A program made the translations under genes and the position numbers. Below the pieces are notes generated by a model. It saw only the letters and a list, made by a program, of their open reading frames with translations. It had not been told where the DNA came from and did no database searches. Of a stretch of 64,000 nucleotides of DNA, positions 1-14,716 are shown piece after piece; the first letter of the stretch is position 1; each line of letters begins with the position of its first letter. The stretch lies in NCBI RefSeq assembly GCF_009914755.1, contig NC_060948.1. One strand, 5' to 3'. This stretch comes from the human T2T-CHM13v2.0 reference genome, Homo sapiens.

Positions 1-135
1 CTAATTTTTGTATTTTTAGTAGAGATGGGGTTTTACCGTGTTGGTCGGGCTGATCTCGAACCCATGACCTAAGGTGATCCGCCCACCTCGGCCTCCCAAA
101 ATGCTGGGATGACAGGGGTGAGCCACGGCGCCTGG
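1..135 (-). mobile_element. Alu (partial)
   Basis: Alu consensus. Confidence 0.9.
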
Positions 136-307
136 CCCCTTCCCGTGCCCTTAGGCCCCTCATCTGCTGGTAGTTTGTGATGGGAGTTTCTGGAAGCGAG
201 TCCACTGCTGTCTTAAGGGGAATGTACAACATCCACAAGAGGCAGAATCACCAAGCACAGGAAAACCACATCGGACATTAGAAACGAGGCACCCTGGCCG
301 CACTCAC

Positions 308-355
308 CACGATCGTGTCCGCTCCAATGACCACGTCGGGGGCCCGCAGGTCTTT
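308..355 (-). CDS. ASMTL: ASMTL coding exon 3 (gene continues beyond the window start)
   Basis: TTTTTCTTACAG acceptor. 48 nt encoding KDLRAPDVVIGADTIV (Maf GADT motif). Donor GTG|GTGAGT. Confidence 0.95.
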
Positions 356-775
356 CTGTAAGAAAACCAGATTCCGGTTTACCGGTGACATGCCGTGGGT
401 CTCACAGAGAAGTTTTCCCGTCGGTACGGGCGTGAAAGAGCACCGCAGGGGCGAAGCCAGGCCGACTTTGGAAGTGAAGGCTGGGGGTGCTCAAGGTCAC
501 GAGCAAGGACACAAGTGGGTCCCCCCGGTGGTCGCCCTGCAGGGGCTGGAACGTGGGTGAGGCCGGGGCCCACGGGGGCTGCGTGATCAGGGGTCAGGCA
601 CTCACGGAGCATCTCACGGGCACTACGGGAAACGCAATGCCTGTTCCGTAAGCTTTTGTTCTTCCGGGCGGCAGGTAAGGTTTGATTCAGGGGCCCCAAA
701 CCTCCCTGAGTTACCCAGAATTAAGGCCAAAAGGTTTTTGATCCGTTCAATGTAATTTCAGAAAAAGCTACTTAG

Positions 776-1600
<825 letters not shown>

Positions 1601-1862
1601 CCGAATGTATTTCTTATATTAACAGTAATGGTATATTGTGTGGTAACACACAGCAGCAGGGAAGCTACATTAACTCTATATCCTAAATGATAGCATTATA
1701 TTCATTGTAACAGCAAGTTAAAACACACAGTAATAGCTATGTTAATTTTATATACTGTGACTGACATTATGTTAGAGTCATATATAACATATAGTAATTG
1801 ATAAGCTACATTAATTGTACATCCTAAATGACAGTAGTGTATTAATTATAATAGTGTATTAC

Positions 1863-1990
1863 GGTGGGGTGCGGTGGCTCACGCCTGTAATCCCAACACT
1901 CCGGGAGGCCGAGGCGGGTGGATCACCTGAGGTCAGGAGTTGGAGACCAGCCTGGCCAACATGGTGAAGCCCCATCTCTACTAAAATAAT
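1863..1990 (+). mobile_element. Alu left monomer
   Basis: Alu consensus, truncated. Confidence 0.88.
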
Positions 1991-2489
1991 ATGTATTACA
2001 TAGGAGCATATAGTAACAGATAAATGACATAATTCTACATTATGATACAATTATATTAATTGTCATAGTATATTACATAGTATCACACAGTAACATATTA
2101 ATTCTATGTATCACAACACATAGTAATGGATGTTAATTCTATATCGTAACTGATATTACTATATTAATTGCAATATTATATTCAAACATAGTAACAAGCT
2201 ACATGAATCTTAAATCTTAAATGATAGTAGTATATTAATTATAATTGTATATTGCATTGTAGCATACAGCAACAGATAAACTGCATAATTCTATATTATA
2301 AATGATATTATTTTAATTAAAATCCGATATTACTTAGTGGCATGGTAATAAGCTACATAATTCTATATCATAAATGATACTATTATATTAATTGCAAGAG
2401 AATATTATAACACATAGTAATAGATAAGCTACATTAATTGTATATCATCAACGAGACTATTATATTGATTGCAAGATAATTTTTGTTTT

Positions 2490-2787
<298 letters not shown>

Positions 2788-3396
2788 ACAAGAGATTATA
2801 ATACATAGTAATAGATAAGCTACATTAATTCTATATCATAAATGATACTATGAAATCAATTGCAAGAGAATATTATAACACATAGTAACAGATAATCTAC
2901 ATTAATTCTATATCATAAATGATACTGTGATATCAATTGTGACAATATTATAACACATAGTAATAGATAAGCTACATTAATTCTGTATCATCAATGATAC
3001 TATGATATCAATTGCAAGAGGATATTATAACACATAGTAATAGATAAGCTACATTAATTGTATATCATAAATGATACTGTATCAATTGCGAGAAATTATT
3101 ATAACACATAGTAACAGATAAGCTACATTAATTGTATATCATCAATGATACTGTATCAATTGCAAGAGAATATTATAACACACAGTAACAGATAAGCTCC
3201 ATTAATTCTGTATCATTAATGGTATTATTAGGTTACTGCAATAGTGCATTACATTATAACATAGCAATAGCTAAGCTGTGCCACCAACTGCATCTTTTGA
3301 ATGACGTTTATTTGTATCATGTATATTTACCACCCGCAAATCCCCTCATCACAGCAAAGGAATTTTCATAAGGGCCGAAGGGCAGGGGCCCCTTGC

Positions 3397-3528
3397 CTGG
3401 TACAGCCGGTTGGCCACCTCCAGGGCCTTCTGCTTGGCGGTCTCCATGGCGTACCCATACGGAGTAGCGAAGGAGGCTTTGTCCAGCTTCTCTTTAAACT
3501 TGGAGGGGACCACCTCAAACCTGAGACC
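3397..3528 (-). CDS. ASMTL: ASMTL coding exon 2
   Basis: Pyrimidine tract plus TTGCAG acceptor. 132 nt encoding GLRFEVVPSKFKEKLDKASFATPYGYAMETAKQKALEVANRLYQ, in frame with exons 1 and 3. Ends at CAG|GCAAGG (GC donor). Confidence 0.95.
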
Positions 3529-4199
3529 CTGCAACAGTAGAAAAGGGGTCAGAAGGGTCAATGAAAGACCCTATGAAAAGTGAATGGGACATGCAAGATT
3601 TGCAGGACGCACATAGCGTTTGCTACACTCCCCGACCCTGTCCCAGGTGAGCTCATCCATCCGCCAAGCTTTCCCTAAGTGTGGCTGGGGAGCCGGGGAC
3701 TGACCAGGGCTTTCCCTAAGTGTGGTTAGTGGGCCGCGGACTGACCAGGGGCCTTCAGGGACTGACCAGGGGCCTTCTTGGCTCTCGAGGGAAGAGATTG
3801 GCAAAGGAAGAAGCCAGGAACAAAGAGGCCAGCAGGGAGGTATTGACTCGGGCCTTGAACCCACGAGCCAACAGTGTCCGAGGATTCCCAGAGACCTGAA
3901 GGTTGGGGCAGAGTACAAAACCCAACCTGCCCACAGGAAATTCAGGAAAAACGCCAGCAATGATGGCTGTGGGAAGGGAGACAATGATGGCTCTACGTCA
4001 ATCCCTGGCACCCAGGAAGAGACAACACCGCCCCTGGGGAGGCCTGGCCTAGAGGTAGTGACCCCTGCAGAGACCGTGGGGTCAGGAATGATGGTGGTAA
4101 ATGCCTCCAGTGGGGGTGCCCCTGGCTGCCACACCCTGCCAGGGTGCAGGGAACTCCGCATCTCCCCTCTGACCATCTCCCCTCTGACAGAGCAAAAGC

Positions 4200-4985
4200 A
4201 TCGCCATCTTGGACACACACCGCCATCTTGGAGAGACACCACCATCTTGGACGCATACCGCCATCGTGGACACACACACCGTCGTCGTGGACACACACTG
4301 CCATCTGGGACACACACCGTCGTCGTGGACACACACCGCCGTCGTGGACACATGCCGCCATCTTGGACACACACCACCATCGTGGACACACACCGCCATC
4401 GTGGACACACACTGCCATCTGGGACACACACCGTCGTCGTGCACACACACCGCCGTCGTGGACACACGCCATCTTGGACACACGCCGCCATCATGGACAC
4501 ACACCGCCATCTTGGACACACACCGCCATCTTGGACAGACACCGCCATCTTGGACACACACCACCATCGTGGACACATGCCGCCATCTTGGCCATCATGG
4601 ACACAGTGTCATTGTGGACACACACCGCCATCTTGGACAGACACCTCCATCTTGGACACACACCGCCATCATGGACACACACTGCCATCTTGGACAGACA
4701 CCACCATCGTGGACAGACACTGCCATCGTGGACACACACCGCCATCATGGACACACACCGCCATCGTGGACACACACTGCCATCTTGGCCATCGTGGACA
4801 CACACCCCCATCGTGGACAGACACCATCGTGGACACACACCGCCATTTTGGCCATCGAGGACACACACCACCATCGTGGACAGACACCGCCGTCGTGGAC
4901 AGACACCCCCATCATGGACACACACCGCCATCTTGGACAGACACCCCCGTCTTGGACAGACACTGCCATGTTGGACACACACTTC
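4200..4985 (+). repeat. VNTR, ~16-19 bp unit CCGCCATC(T/G)TGGACACACA (YY1-motif array) in the 5' LTR
   Basis: Direct reading. It produces the repetitive HTPPSW and CPRW ORFs. Confidence 0.95.
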
Positions 4986-5221
4986 CATTTTAAGTTCCCT
5001 TGATTAAAAACTGCCTAAATCCAGCCCCCAAACATCAGCCTAATGGCTAATGTCAGCATGACCAGAAACATTCCAGCCGTGGGATAAACCCCTCTGTGAC
5101 CAGAAACCTCCCCTCCGACCAGAGACAGTCCAACCCCGCAATCAATTTTCCCTCACACAGAAACATTCCGAGCCTGCGAGAAGCCCCCTTTTCCAAAACC
5201 CTTTGCTGAGCCACTTTTTGT

Positions 5222-5550
<329 letters not shown>

Positions 5551-5564
5551 TAAACTCTTACATT

Positions 5565-5582
5565 TGGTGCCGAAACCCAGGA
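5565..5582 (+). other. Retroviral primer-binding site, tRNA-Phe
   Basis: TGGTGCCGAAACCCAGGA matches 17/18 of the complement of the tRNA-Phe 3' end (TGGTGCCGAAACCCGGGA). Confidence 0.88.
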
Positions 5583-6334
5583 CAGGTGTTACGGACAGAG
5601 GCCCTTTTGCAACCCAGGATGCAGTGGGCAGGGGCAGCCTGTCCCGGGCTAACTCCTGGATCCTTTAGAGCCTCTGGCCCTCTGACCCTGTCCTTTCTCT
5701 CTCTCCCTCTTTGAGTGTTGGGAGTGGAGGTTCTCTTGCAACCCAGGAAGCTGTGGGCAGCAGCAGCTCATCCTGGGCTAACTCCTGGATCGTGAGGGTC
5801 TCTGGCCACCCCTCCCATCTTTTCTCTCCATTCACCTTCCAAGCAATTTGTGTGAGGAAGACAACTCATGTAAAGGGGACTTAGAGGCTCAAGCTGGAGG
5901 GTTCTCAAAACCCTCAGGTCTCAGAAATCCACCTCTGACCCCCTGCAACAGGTATTTCGCTCCCTAACCCTTGCTTCGTCTTCCTCTCTCTTCGTCCGTC
6001 TTCTTCCCTCTTCTCTCTCTCTCTCTGTCTTCCCTGCGCGGCTCCAGTTTGGGAGCCCCTTTGCCAATTCCAACAGGAACATCCAACATCAGACACAAAT
6101 CCAGCCGTCTGGTAAGATCTGCCCTCCTCTGACTTTTGGTACCCAGGAAAAGTCAGGTCGGCCATCCCAGTCCTCGGAGGACCAGCGGCACTAAGCTAGA
6201 AGCGATCTTGAGGGATGCCCAGTATCTTCTCAGCTTGGCCGTCCTCCTTATAAAGAGGATTCTGGGTCTCTGTCTTTTGTCTGGGGTTGCCTAAAACACA
6301 AACAGACACTCTCGGCTTCCTTTTACCAGCCCAC

Positions 6335-6600
6335 GTGGGTGCCAAACAACCCGACATTCCTATGTCCTCCTCTCTGGGATGTCTCCTTTCCAACCTGGCC
6401 AAACTTGGCTTACAGAGGAACCTAAAGCCAGAGTGTTGAATTTTTTATTGCAATAGTCTGGCATCAATACAAACTACATAATGACAGCAGATGGCCCGAA
6501 CATAGCACCTTTAACTTGCAAATTCTCAGGGACCTTGACAACTTTATCACCAGGAAATGGCAAGAGGTTCCCTATACTCAGGCTATCTTCTACCCTCCCT
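6335..6600 (+). pseudogene. Disrupted gammaretrovirus-like gag (matrix) remnant
   Basis: (V)GAKQPDIPMSSSLGCLLSNL...IFYCN...QYKL..SRWPEHSTFNLQILRDLDNF..KWQEVPYTQA, resembling class I ERV matrix, with a stop and a frameshift. Confidence 0.75.
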
Positions 6601-6621
6601 ATGTCAAGTTGCACCTCTCAT

Positions 6622-7812
<1,191 letters not shown>

Positions 7813-8259
7813 CATAATTTGTCTTTTAATAAAAGTGGGAAAACTGGAAAAAGAAAAATCGTGTTTGAAAAACTATAGTTACCCCTGTCGTGAAATTCTA
7901 GTCTTGCCTAATGGTTTTCAGTTTTTATTCTTTTCTACGGTTTGAATTAAATTCTAATTTTTCTGGCTACATGTCTCCAAGATAATGTTTTGCATTCTTT
8001 TCCTTTTTCTTTTTCTCCAATTTTTCCTAACTGAAAACCTCTGAAACCCAAGTTCTGCTTTCTTAAAGCCCTGTGAACTAAAAGCTAGATGTTTCAACGG
8101 GTGCTGCTTGGAAGGCCCCTAAAGAGTGCTACCAGGAACAAATCAACCTCTTCCCCTCCAGGGCTGTGTTTGGTGACCCGTAATAACCACCTCCCTCAGC
8201 AGGAAGTGGCCAGAAAGAACACACCACCCCTCGTCCTGTTATAACTAGAGGGTCTGGAT

Positions 8260-10286
8260 TCACAGAGCAGGAGCATTGCCATCTTCGACACACACTGCCA
8301 TCTTGGACCCATTACACCATCTTGGACACACACCGCCATCTTGGATAAGCACCACCATCTTGGACACACAACATCTTGGACACACATGGCCATCTTGGAG
8401 AAGCACCACCATCTTGGACACACACTGCCATCTTGGATAAGCACCACCATCTTGGACACACACCATCTTGGACACACACGGCCATGTTGGAGAAGCACCA
8501 CCATCTTGGACACACACCGCCATCTGGGAGAAGCACCACCATCTTGGACACACACCATCTTGGACACACACGGCCATCTTGGATAAGCACCACCATCTTG
8601 GAGACACACCATCTTGGACACACACCGCCATCTTGGATAAGCACCACCATCTTGGAGACACACCATCTTGGACACACACCGCCATCTTGGAGAAGCACCA
8701 CCATCTTGGACACACACCATCTTGGACAAGCACTGCCATCTTGGACATGCATGGCCATCTTTGACACACACCACCATCTTGGACACACACCGCCATCTTG
8801 GATAAGCACCACCATCTTGGACACACACAGCTATCTTGGATAAGCACTACCATCTTGGACACACACCATCTGGGACACACACTGCCATCTTGGACCCATA
8901 ACACCATCTTGGACAAGCACCGCCATCTTGGACACACCGCCATCTTGGATACACAACACCATCTTGGAAAAGCACCACCATCTTGGACACACACCGCCAT
9001 CTTGGATAAGAACCACCATCTTGGACACACACCATCTTGGACACACACCGCCATCTTGGATAAGAACCACCATCTTGGACACACACCATCTTGGACACAC
9101 ACAGCCATCTTGGATAAGCACCACCATCTTGGACACACACCATCTTGGACACACACCGCCATCTTGGATAAGCACCACCATCTTGGACACACACCGCCAT
9201 CTTGGATAAGCACCACCATCTTGGACACACACCATCTTGGACACACACTGCCATCTTGGATAAGCACCACCATCTTGGACACACAACATCTTGGACACAC
9301 ACCGCCATCTTGGATAAGCACCACCATCTTGGACACACACCATCTGGGACACACACTGCCATCTTGGACCCATAACACCATCTTGGACAAGCACCACCAT
9401 CTTGGACACACCGCCATCTTGGACACGCCACCATCTTGGATACACACCACCATCTTGGAAAAGCACCACCATCTTGGACACACAACATCTTGGACACACA
9501 CTGCCATCTTGGATAAGCACCACCATCTTGGACACATGCCGCCATCTTGGACACACACTGCCATCTTGGATAAGCACCACCATCTTGGACACACACCATC
9601 TTGGACACACACGGCCATCTTGGATAAGCACCACCATCTTGGACACACACCGCCATCTTGGATAAGCACCACCATCTTGGAGACACACCATCTTGGACAC
9701 ACACTGCCATCTTGGAGAAGCACCACCATCTTGGACACACACCATCTGGGACACACACCACCATCTTGGATAAGCACCACCATCTTGGACACACACCGCC
9801 ATCTTGGATAAGCACCACCATCTTGGACAAGCACTGCCATCTTGGACATGCATGGTCATCTTTGACACACACCACCATCTTGGACACACACCGCCATCTT
9901 GGACAAGCATTGCCATTTTAAGTTCCCGTGATTAAAAACTGCCTAAAACCAGCCCCAAAACATCAGCCTAATGGCTAATGTCAGCATGACCAGAAACAGT
10001 CAAAGCCTGAAATAAACCGCCTCTGACCAGAAACATCCCAAGCCCAAGATAACCTCCTTCAGACCAGAGACATTCTAACACCTCAGTCAACTTTGCCTCA
10101 CAGGGAAACATTCCGAGCCTGCGATAAGATTCCCCTTCCTAAACCCTTAAATACCCTTAGTCTGTAAGAGAGAACACTCCTGACCTAACTCAGCCAGAAG
10201 CCCCGCTCAGGCTTGTTCTCCAAAATAAACCCGTCTTTGACTGTGAAGCTGCTTTTCTTTTTTCGTCTTTCTTCCACTCTTCTACA
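8260..10286 (+). mobile_element. 3' LTR (contains a 1.6 kb VNTR; keeps TATA-like TTAAATA 10147-10153 and AATAAA 10224-10229)
   Basis: Homologous to the 5' LTR; ends ...CTTCTACA. Confidence 0.85.
8276..9915 (+). repeat. VNTR, 16-19 bp units CC(G/A)CCATCTTGGA(CACACA/TAAGCA) (YY1-motif array) in the 3' LTR
   Basis: Direct reading. Confidence 0.95.
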
Positions 10287-10589
10287 CTCCTCAGCGCTCC
10301 TCACCTCTTGAAGGTGCCCCCAGATCCTGGCCCTGACGCCCATCCTGGTCTTCAGGGCACCAGTCACCAAGCCCTGGACCTGCCCTGCAGATCTCAACCC
10401 CAGATCATATAGACCCCTGCCCTATGCCCTGTCACCCCCAATCATGGAGACCCATGCCTTCTGTGAGGCACCCTGACCACTCTCATCCCCGTCACTAGGA
10501 CCAGGCATGTGGTGTCCCCCCTCCCAGGGTACCAGACCTCCAGTCCGTAGTCCCCAAGAGTAGACTCCTGCCCCACTGCACCATCCATA

Positions 10590-11222
10590 GGCAACCAGTA
10601 ACTACCCTACCATCACCAGTAACTTCTCTGCCATCACCAGTAACTACCTCACATCACCAGTAACTACCCCCCATCACCAGTAACTATGCCCCATCATCAA
10701 ACCCAGTAACTACCCCCCATCACCAGTAACTATCCACCATCACCAGTAACTATCCCCCATCACCAGTAACTATGCCCCATCATCACCAGTAACTATCCCC
10801 CCATCACCAGTAACTATCTCCCATCAACAGTAACTATCCTCCCATCACCAGTAACTATCCCCACATCACCAGTAACTACCCCCATCACCAATAACTATGC
10901 CCCATCATCAAACCCAGTAACTATCCCACCATCACCAGTAACTAACCCCCACCACCAGTAAATATGCCCCATCATCACCAGTAACTATCCCTCATCACCG
11001 GTAACTACGCCCCATCACCAGTAACTATCTCCCATCACCAGTAACTATCCCCCATCACCAGTAACTATCCTTCCATCACCAGTAACTATGCCCCCATCAC
11101 CAGTAACTATCCCATCACCAGTAACTATCACCCCATTACCAGTAACTATCCCACATCACCTATAACTATCCGCCTGTCACCAGTAACTACCCCCCATCAC
11201 AAGTAACTATCCCTTCATCACT
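10590..11222. repeat. ~21 bp VNTR CCCCCATCACCAGTAACTAT
   Basis: Direct reading, roughly 30 units. Confidence 0.95.
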
Positions 11223-11379
11223 AGACCGTCTCCTCCATGTGATTAGGGCTCCAGAGAGAGGCAGACACCCACTACCTAGGCGTCCTACCACCCGGAATAA
11301 GATCCTCATGGGGGCACCAGGAAACACTTCCCATACCCCAGCTACAAAGTCCAACCATCAGTCACAGGGCCCACTCCAT

Positions 11380-13650
11380 CCCTAGAAGTCCTGAGTCACT
11401 CACCTCCCCAATCCCTAGGGGTCCCAGGTCACTCCCCTCCCCCACCCCTAGGGGGTCCCGGGTTACTCTCCCCTCCCCCATTCCTAGGGGTCTTGGATTA
11501 CTCTCCCCTCCCTTATCCCTAGGAGGTCCTGGATCACACTCCCCTCCCCCATCACTAGGGCATCCTGGGTCACTCTCCCCTCCCCCATCCCTAGGGGCTC
11601 TGGGTCACTCTCCCCTCCCCCATCCCTAGGGGTTCTGGGTCACTCTCCCCTCCCCCATCCCTAGGGGTTCTGGGTCACTCTCCCCTCCCCCATCCCTAGG
11701 GGGTTCCGGGTCACACTCCCCAACCCCATCCCTAGGGGTTCTGGGTTACTCTCCCCTCCCCCATCCCTAGGGTTCCCGGGTTACTCTCCCCTCCCCCAAC
11801 CCTAGGGGTCCCAGGTTACTTTCCCCACCCACATCCCTAGGTGGTACTGGATCACTCTCCCCTCCCCCATCCCTAGGGGTCCCGGGTCACTCTGCCCTCC
11901 CCCATCCCTATGGGTCCCGGGTCACTCTGCCCTCCCCATTCCTAGGGGGTCCTGGCTCACTCTCCCCTCCCCCATCCCTAGGGGTCCTGGGTTATTCTCC
12001 CCTCCCCCATCCCTAGGGGTCCCGGGTCACTCTGCTTTCTCCATTCCTAGGGGGTCCTGGGTCACTCTCCCCTCCCCCATACCTAGGGATTCCGGATCAC
12101 TCTCCCCTCCCCCATCCCTAGGCGGTCCTGGATCACTCTCCCCTCCCCATTCCTAGGGGGTCCTGGGACACTCCTCCCTCCCCATCCCTAGGGGGTCCCA
12201 GGTCACTCTCCCCAACCCCATGCCTAGGGCGTCCTGGGTTACTCTCCCCACCCCCATCCCTAGGGGGTCCTGGGTTACTCTCCCCTTCCCCATCCCTAGG
12301 TGGTCCTGGGTCACTCTCCCCTCCCCATTCCTTGGGGGTCCCGGGTCACCCTTCCCTCCCCCATCCCTAGGGGGTCCTGGGTCACTCTCCCCAACCCCAT
12401 GCCTAGGGGTTCCAGGTCACTCTCCCCTCCCTCATCCTTTTGGGTCCCGGGTTACTCTCCCTACCCCCATCCCTAGGGGGATCCCGGCTTACTCTCCCCT
12501 CCCCCATCCCTAGGGGGTCCCAGGTTACTCTCCCATCCCCATTCCTAGGGGGTTCTGGGTCACTCCCTGCAACCCCATGCCTAGGGGTTTCGGGTCACTC
12601 TCCCCACCCCCATCCCTAGGGGGGTCCCGGGTCACTTGACCTCCCCATTCCTAGGGGTCCCGGGTTACTCTCCTCTCCCCCATCCCTAGGGGTCCCGGGT
12701 TACTCTCCCCACCCCCATCCCTAGGGGGGTCTCGGCTTACTCTCCCTATCCCCAACCCTGGAGGTCCCGGGTTACTCTCCCCATCCCCATGCCTGGGGGT
12801 CCCGGGTTACTCTCCCCATCCCCATCCATGGGGCTCCGGGGTCACTCTGCTGTCCCCATCCCTAGCGGTCCTGGGTCACTCCTCCCTCCCCATCCCTAGG
12901 GGGTCCCGGGTCACTCTCCCCAACCACATGCCTAGGGCGTCCTGGGTTACTCTCCCCACCCCCATCGCTAGGGGGTCCCAGGTTACAGGTTACTCTCTCC
13001 AACCCCATCCCTAAGGTGTCCCGGGTTTCTCTCCCCTCCCCCACCCCTAGGGGGGTCCCGGGTTACTCTCCCCTCCCCCATCCCTAGGGGGTCCTGGGTC
13101 ACTCTCCCCAACCCCATCCCTAGGGGTCCCGGGTTATTCTCCCCAACCCCATTCCTGGGGGTCTCGGCTTACTCTCCCCATCCCCATGCCTGGGGGTCCC
13201 GGGTTACTCTCCTCTCCCCCATCCCTAGGGGTCCCGGGTTACTCCCCCACCCCCATCCCTAGGGGGGGTCTCGGCTTACTCTCCCCATCCCCAACCCTGG
13301 AGGTCCCGGGTTACTCTCCCCATCCCCATGCCTGGGGGTCCCGGGTTACTCTCCTCATCCCCATCCATGGGGCTCCGGGGTCACTCTGCTGTCCCCATCC
13401 CTAGCGGTCCTGGGTCACTCTACCCTCCCCATTCCTAGGGGTCCCGGGTTACGATCCCCTCCCCCATCCCTATGGGGACCCAGGTCACTCCCCACCCCCA
13501 TGCCTAGGGGGTTCCGGGTTACTCTCCCCTCCCCCATCCCTAGAGGTTCCGGGTCACTCTCCCCAACCCTATCCCTGGAGGTCCCGGGACACTCTCCCCT
13601 CCCCCATCCCTAAGGGTCTCGGGTCACTCTCCCATCCCTATCCCTAGAGT
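11380..13650. repeat. ~35-36 bp C-rich VNTR CACTCTCCCCTCCCCCATCCCTAGGGG(G)TCCCGGGT abutting ASMTL exon 1
   Basis: Direct reading; period 35 at 11641 and 11676. Confidence 0.95.
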
Positions 13651-13725
13651 TCCTGAGTCGCTGGGCCCTCCGGGGTTCAGCCCCTCCGTCCCCGGTCCCC
13701 TGCCCCGCCCAGGCCCAGGCCGTAC

Positions 13726-13818
13726 CGCGTTGCTGAGGATCTCCTGACGGCGTGGGGAGGCGCTGGCCAGCACCACGCGCTTGTGCAGCAGCTTCCCAAT
13801 CACCGGGCACAGCACCAT
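13726..13818 (-). CDS. ASMTL: ASMTL coding exon 1 (N-terminus of the Maf-like nucleotide pyrophosphatase domain)
   Basis: ATG at 13818 in Kozak context GCCATGG. Translates MVLCPVIGKLLHKRVVLASASPRRQEILSNA, with the Maf motif LASASPRR. GT donor at 13725-13724, phase 0. Confidence 0.97.
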
Positions 13819-13919
13819 GGCGTCCACGCCGGGAGCCGGGCGTCCGCACTTCTGAGCCCGGAGCCCGCGGTGCGCGCAGCGCGGCTGCAAAAAAAACAGG
13901 CGGCCAGAGTCCCGCCTCC

Positions 13920-14320
13920 GCGAGGCCACGCCCCCGCCCGCCTCCGCGAGGCCACGCCCAGTCCGCGCCTTCAGTGGCCTCCCCGCGAGACCGCGCCCAG
14001 GCCACGCCTCCATTGAACACTCCGTCAGGCCTCGCCCAGGCCACACCTCCATTGCCCTCTCCACCAGGCCACGCCCATGTCACGCCCCATTGATCTCCCC
14101 TGAGACCACGCCCAGACCACGCCTCCATTGCCCTCTCCGTCAGGCCACGCCCAGGCCACACCTCCATTGCCCTCTCCGCCAGGCCACGCCCATGTCACGC
14201 CGCCATTGACCGCTCCGCCAGGCCACGCCCAGGCCACACCTCCTTGCCCTCTCCGCCAGGCCACGCCCATGCCACGCCGCCATTGAGCTCCCCGTGAGGC
14301 CACGCCCAGGCCACACCCCC
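13920..14320. repeat. Degenerate promoter tandem repeat built on GGCCACGCCC
   Basis: GGCCACGCCC at ~13924, 13950, 14067, 14143, 14182, 14221, 14259 and 14298. Confidence 0.85.
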
Positions 14321-14716
14321 GCCCGCCTCCCCCCCGGGCACCGCCCCGGCCGCTTGGTGAAGCACCGCCCCCAGCTCCGCCTCCCGGGCCCCGTCCCCGC
14401 CCCCGGCGCTCGCCCCGCCCCTCCCCACCCCGCCTGCGGCGCCAAGACCTGCAATGGCGCAGGCAGCTGCGGGGTCCCGGGGAGGAAAGGCTGGCGTGGA
14501 TACTTGGGGTTCCTTGCAGGCGCGGCGTGGGGAGTGGAAATGCTGGGTTTCCGCAGCTGCGGTTGTGGGCAGTTGTGGGGGTGGGGGGTTCTTACCCGCA
14601 CGTGGAGGGGCCCGGCGCAGAGATGGGGGTCTTGTGGGAGCCGCGTCGGGGAAGGTAGAGATAGGGGGTTCCCCGCGGACCCGGTGCGAGTGGCGTGGGG
14701 ATGGGGATGTCCTCGT

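Larger units (their letters stand above)
13680..14700. promoter_or_regulatory. ASMTL: ASMTL CpG-island promoter
   Basis: Very GC- and CpG-rich around exon 1, with many GGCCACGCCC and GC-box (SP/KLF) motifs and no obvious TATA box. Confidence 0.9.

Noticed and set aside
8276-9915. CRISPR-like look of a constant motif separated by short variable segments
   Set aside because: Eukaryotic DNA; the 'spacers' are 7-10 bp and themselves repeated; no cas genes.
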